DNA from: Chrysomallon squamiferum
Taxonomy: Eukaryota; Animalia; Mollusca
Assembly (NCBI GenBank): GCA_012295275.1
Contig: CM022670.1
Coordinates: forward strand, 3,038,001-3,102,000
Length of the DNA: 64,000 nucleotides
Direction of reading: 5' to 3'
Part shown: piece after piece, positions 59,588 through 64,000 of the stretch
Numbering within the stretch: the first letter of the stretch is position 1
How the letters are laid out: each line of letters opens with the position of its first letter
Translations under genes and position numbers: made by a program
Notes under the pieces: generated by a model
What the model saw: the letters and a program-made list of their open reading frames with translations, nothing else
Database searches by the model: none
Told to the model about the DNA's origin: nothing

Positions 59588-62148
59588 AAGAAGAAGAAGA
59601 AGAAGAAGAAGAAGAAGAAGAAGAAAAAGAAGATGATGATGATGATGATAACACAATCGAAGATATCCACAAAAACTGCAATATCTTAAAATAACAGTAT
59701 CAATACCAACTTGGATAATAATTGCTTCAGAATAGCAATACATCAGTGTTTTAAATAATTATATATATTATACAGATGCATATATGTATGTTTTCATATT
59801 ATTTATGTATTTTTGTATGTACGCTAGACATAATAAATTCTTTACGCTAGATATAATTAATTATTTGTGAATTATAAAATAATGATAGCTGTATAACAAA
59901 AAAAAAATCTTTATTTTATTTATTTATTTATTGCTATATTTTTTGTTTCTCTTCTTACAGATACGAGTCTTTGTGGAAGTTATTTCCTTTATTTCTCCTT
60001 GAACACTATTTCTTTCAGAAGAAAGCTGAAAAATGCTTTGCAAATACCAGTGTTACAAATAAACATTTGAGGATTTCGAAACAAAACAGAATTTTATTTC
60101 TAGAAATCTCTGATAATACAAACAATATTTTACAGTTTTAATACATTTTGTTTATTAAAAATATATGAGACGCTTTAATTTAAAAACAAATCTAAAAGGT
60201 GTATATATAGAATTTCGTTTCTTTGATACACAAATACCAATCTTAACAATAACGTAATTCTTGCTATTTAAATATGAGATAACTCGCGTGTTGTTTGTAA
60301 TAACAAGGTGTAACTTTGTCTTAGCATTAGAGCCACAGAGATATTTATATTTTATAAATATCAGATATTTAAAGTTATTATTCTCCACAGACTACTGCTA
60401 TTATTGTGCTGTTACAGTTCTTCTAATTCTCCTCGTTATTATTATTATTGTTCTTCCTATTTATTTATTTATTGATTTATTGATTTATTATAATAATCAT
60501 TAACCATCATTACCAAGGCCACAATTATGCCTTTTGTTTTAAACAAATAAACAAACGCACGTTCTTAATCTTACAACTGAAAATGTGAAGATGATGCAGT
60601 TCACGTATTATGAACCAGTAGAAATAAATATCAGTGAGACACTTTAACTCAGTTACAAACACAGAACACAGGATTGTTGACAAGAACAAGGGTGGTGTTT
60701 GTAGACATTTAACGAGATCGTGTGAGACTGTTAATTAAACGCAATTCTAGTTGTATACATCGAAACTAAATAAATATATTGTCTGAGATCAATAGTTAAT
60801 TCAGCTGGTTAGGAGTAGTAGCCCTTCTTAATACCGGCGTTGTGGTTGTTGTTGTTGTAATTTAACTACTTGATAAATATGGTGGGGTTCGGTTTTTTGT
60901 ATATCACTTCCTTTACGGTTAATGTGATGATGGTAGATGCGCAGATAATGACGGTGATAGTCGTGAAGGTGAAGGTAATTTCTGTTTCTGTGAAACTGTT
61001 ATAGATCATATTACTTCTACTACTACTACTACTACTATTACTACTACTTCTACTAGTACTATTGCCATTACTACTACCATTACTACAGCTACTATTACTA
61101 TTACTGCTACTACTATTGCTACTATTATTCGTACTAACAGCTGCTTTGACATAAAAACACAACTCCGAAATTACCAGAAGTAAGTTTTCCTTTATATCTG
61201 TTTTTAAGTAATAGCAAAAGCTTTCACTAACTGTGACACACAAAATATTCCGTTTACTCCTGTTTTCGAAACAACAGCAAGTACGATCACTTATGCGTAG
61301 ATTGTTCTGTTTTTCCTATCCTACATTACAAGCATGTGTCTTGTCCCTTAGACAGCCTACCACGCCTTTGTCTATGTGGTTAAATCTCGCCTAGCAGTCT
61401 TTGTGTTTGTCGGAGCAATTTGTTGAGTCAACACCACGACACTCTCACTGTTTAATTGTTCAACACTGCCGCCCTTGCAGTTTTCAGATCAACAGATTTA
61501 TTCGTGAAGAATAATTTGTTTTGGCACGCTCGTGTACTTTTACTGCTGGGCTTTGATCTCTGCTTGAGATCGATTTTATTGTGGTTTTCCGATCTCGTTA
61601 TTTTATTGTTGTTGTTGTTGATGTTTGTGATGTTATTGTTACTGTTGTTGTTGTTGTTAGGGTTGTTACTGATCTGTGTTTGCAGTATATTGACTCTTTG
61701 CACTGGATTTCTTGTGGTTTTATGTTGACTGGTTTTGCTTTTGTTGTTACTGTTTCTTTGTGTGCATGAGTGAATATGGTAGAATATTTAAATTTTATTT
61801 TTTACTTATTTTTAAGCTTATTATATCTGTTAGAAAATTTTATTTTTGTTCATCCCTTTCGCGTTTCATTTTTCATAATTTATTTAATTTATTGGTTCTG
61901 TTAACTGATATTTATTTATTTTAAATAAAGTTTTACGTTAATTATTAATGCTATTCCTATTGCTGTTTTTACCATCTTTCCATTAATATATCCATTCCAT
62001 TATTATTTTTTCACTCTTCTTGTTATTCAGTTGTTGTTGTTGTTTTTTTGTTTTGTATTTTGTTTTCATTTTTTTTTTTTTTTTTTTTTTTAGGGGTGGG
62101 GTGGTTCAACATTTTTTTTAATTCTCGTACTGTGTACAAACTAAGGCT

Positions 62149-62198
62149 TCGGTTTCGTTTATGTTTCGTTTCGGTTTCGTTTCGGTTTCGTTTCGGTG
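62149..62198. repeat. (TTTCG/TTTCGG)n short tandem repeat
   Basis: ttcggtttcgtt...tttcgtttcggtttcgtttcgg. Confidence 0.8.
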
Positions 62199-62849
62199 CC
62201 GTGTCGGAAAAGGGTAAATGGTCTCCGATCGTAACGGCTCACTGTGAAAGATGTTAATACTTGGTAAACAGAATGTGTCGCTCAGAGTGCACGGACGTGC
62301 TCATGATCGTTACAAAGCGCTCGAAACACGCGTAACATCCCAAGCGTTTCTTCACGTGTTTCAACACAAAATGATCGCATATTTCTAACATAACTCAGTA
62401 GCCTCTGCAGCGAGGTTTGGGTCGCAAGGAAAGACAGAACAATCTGCGTGTTATTTCCTCAGATCACAGGTTAATACTGAGATATGTTCTTGAGCGATCT
62501 GCTGAATGAATCTTTACGTGATTGCTGTGTTGCCGAGCTTGCTAACACACGATGAGCAAATCTTTCTGAACTCGATGGTCTGTGTTCACATTAAGTACAA
62601 CATGTCTTGGGAGCGTGAAGAAGCACGTGAATTATTAGATGACTTAGGAATTAGATTTCTTGATATAGATTTGTATTATTTATTTATTTATTACTATTTT
62701 TTTCTTCTTTTGTTTGCATTGTTATGTCGTTTTATTCTCTTTTTTCTTCGTTTAAATATTTTTTCTCCACATTATTTTTGTTGTCGTTTGTACTTTCCAT
62801 CTCGCTCCCTCTCTCTGTATGTTGTGAGTTGAGTGTGCGTATGTGTGTG

Positions 62850-62906
<57 letters not shown>

Positions 62907-63123
62907 CTACGTATGTATGTATCTATCTTCAGTAAAATTACGTGCGATCGATAATTATTCTGCTATGAATCTCTATTAACAAACATGTTCTGTCTACTTT
63001 TCTGAAATGTTCTTACCTTAATTTTCCTTTTATTTGACAAACTAATGATAAACAAACTCTTTGACAAATGGATATGTTGACAACGAAGGTGTCTGGAGAC
63101 AGTTACACTGGGTGTGTTAGAGT

Positions 63124-63233
63124 GTTATCTAAACATACTGTCAATCAGTTCTAGATACATTGTTAATTTCTTATCTAAACACATTGCCAATCAGTTCTAA
63201 ATACATTGTGAATCTGTTATAAACACATTGTCA
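63124..63233. repeat. Minisatellite, ~47-bp period built from two related ~23-bp subunits
   Basis: ttatctaaaca(t/c)a(c/t)tg(t/c)caatcagttcta(g/a)atacattgt occurs twice, plus a partial copy. Confidence 0.85.
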
Positions 63234-64000
63234 GGCTATTTCTTATCTCAGTTATTTGTGGATGTTTATGTGCATGTGGATTCCTGTCTAAATATGTTTC
63301 TGTTTGTTTGAGTATTTATTTATCGGCTCTAATGTATGCACGTTTGAAAAGTTTTTTTTATATATCTTAAAATACTACATGTTTATTGAATGTTTTAATA
63401 TTTGTTTTAATGTAACTAATTTTAAATATTATGACTTACAATCAATATCTACTTCTCTCCTTGTATTACTAGTTTATATACATTTATTAACACTTTTCCG
63501 AAAAGTGTGTGTTTGTGTGTGTGTGTGTGTGTGTGTTTATACAGAATCACTAAACAAGATCAAAATAATATACGTCTTTAAATAATATTTTTTTTTTTTT
63601 TTTTTTTATAAAAGATGTTAAGAATTTTTTTGTCTAACATCTGAAGAGCTGTTGGTAATATTGTTCAGATTGCGAACAGAAATATTGTTAATTTTTTCTA
63701 GATGTTTCTGTACTGGGACTTTCAATGAATGCGTATTTGTGTCACAACTTCACGAACATAATCATTTTATTCTACTCAGCCTGTTACAATTCCAGGTGTT
63801 AGTTAGTCACAACAACAGTGAATGACTGTGCATGCCAACTTCTGATTCATCGAAGGCCAATCGATCTGTACGGTCAACAAAACAAAACAACAACACAAAT
63901 TCCATGCGACGTCCTGTCTAAATAGCGCACGTGTCGTAGTCATAAGGTCGCTTGTTGGTAACTTGTTCTGTTTTATGAATTCTGCTGCGGCGAACATGCA

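Noticed and set aside
63803-63997. 64-aa minus-strand ORF at the window end
   Set aside because: Short, at the window edge, and without recognisable features

Overview
AT-rich eukaryotic (animal) genomic DNA, very dense in microsatellites, with short islands of complex sequence between them. Degenerate tRNA-derived SINE remnants resemble, from memory only, a family common in gastropod molluscs. Most ORFs in the six-frame track are translations of simple repeats. Two convincing tandem gene pairs lie on the minus strand. (1) Two paralogs with uninterrupted coding sequence (36067-36546 and 51513-51983) each encode a ~160-aa stand-alone PH-fold protein, followed by a Ser-Pro cluster and a conserved C-terminal LQTL(V/E)E+acidic tail that matches the PP2A-B56 LxxIxE docking motif. 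Both have TATA, CRE-half-site and forkhead-site promoters, and a motif-rich CpG island lies between them. This suggests an inducible, PHLDA-like signalling feedback module. (2) Two spliced paralogs (7365-8349 and 10185-11953) encode ~173-186-aa proteins with an N-terminal hydrophobic anchor and a shared C-terminal motif, FQKDL..N..KKYN. They are bracketed by an essentially identical ~400-bp inverted repeat. The window also holds several long hairpins, local duplications and a possible frameshifted gene remnant. No rRNA, intact tRNA, CRISPR array or intact transposon ORF was seen.
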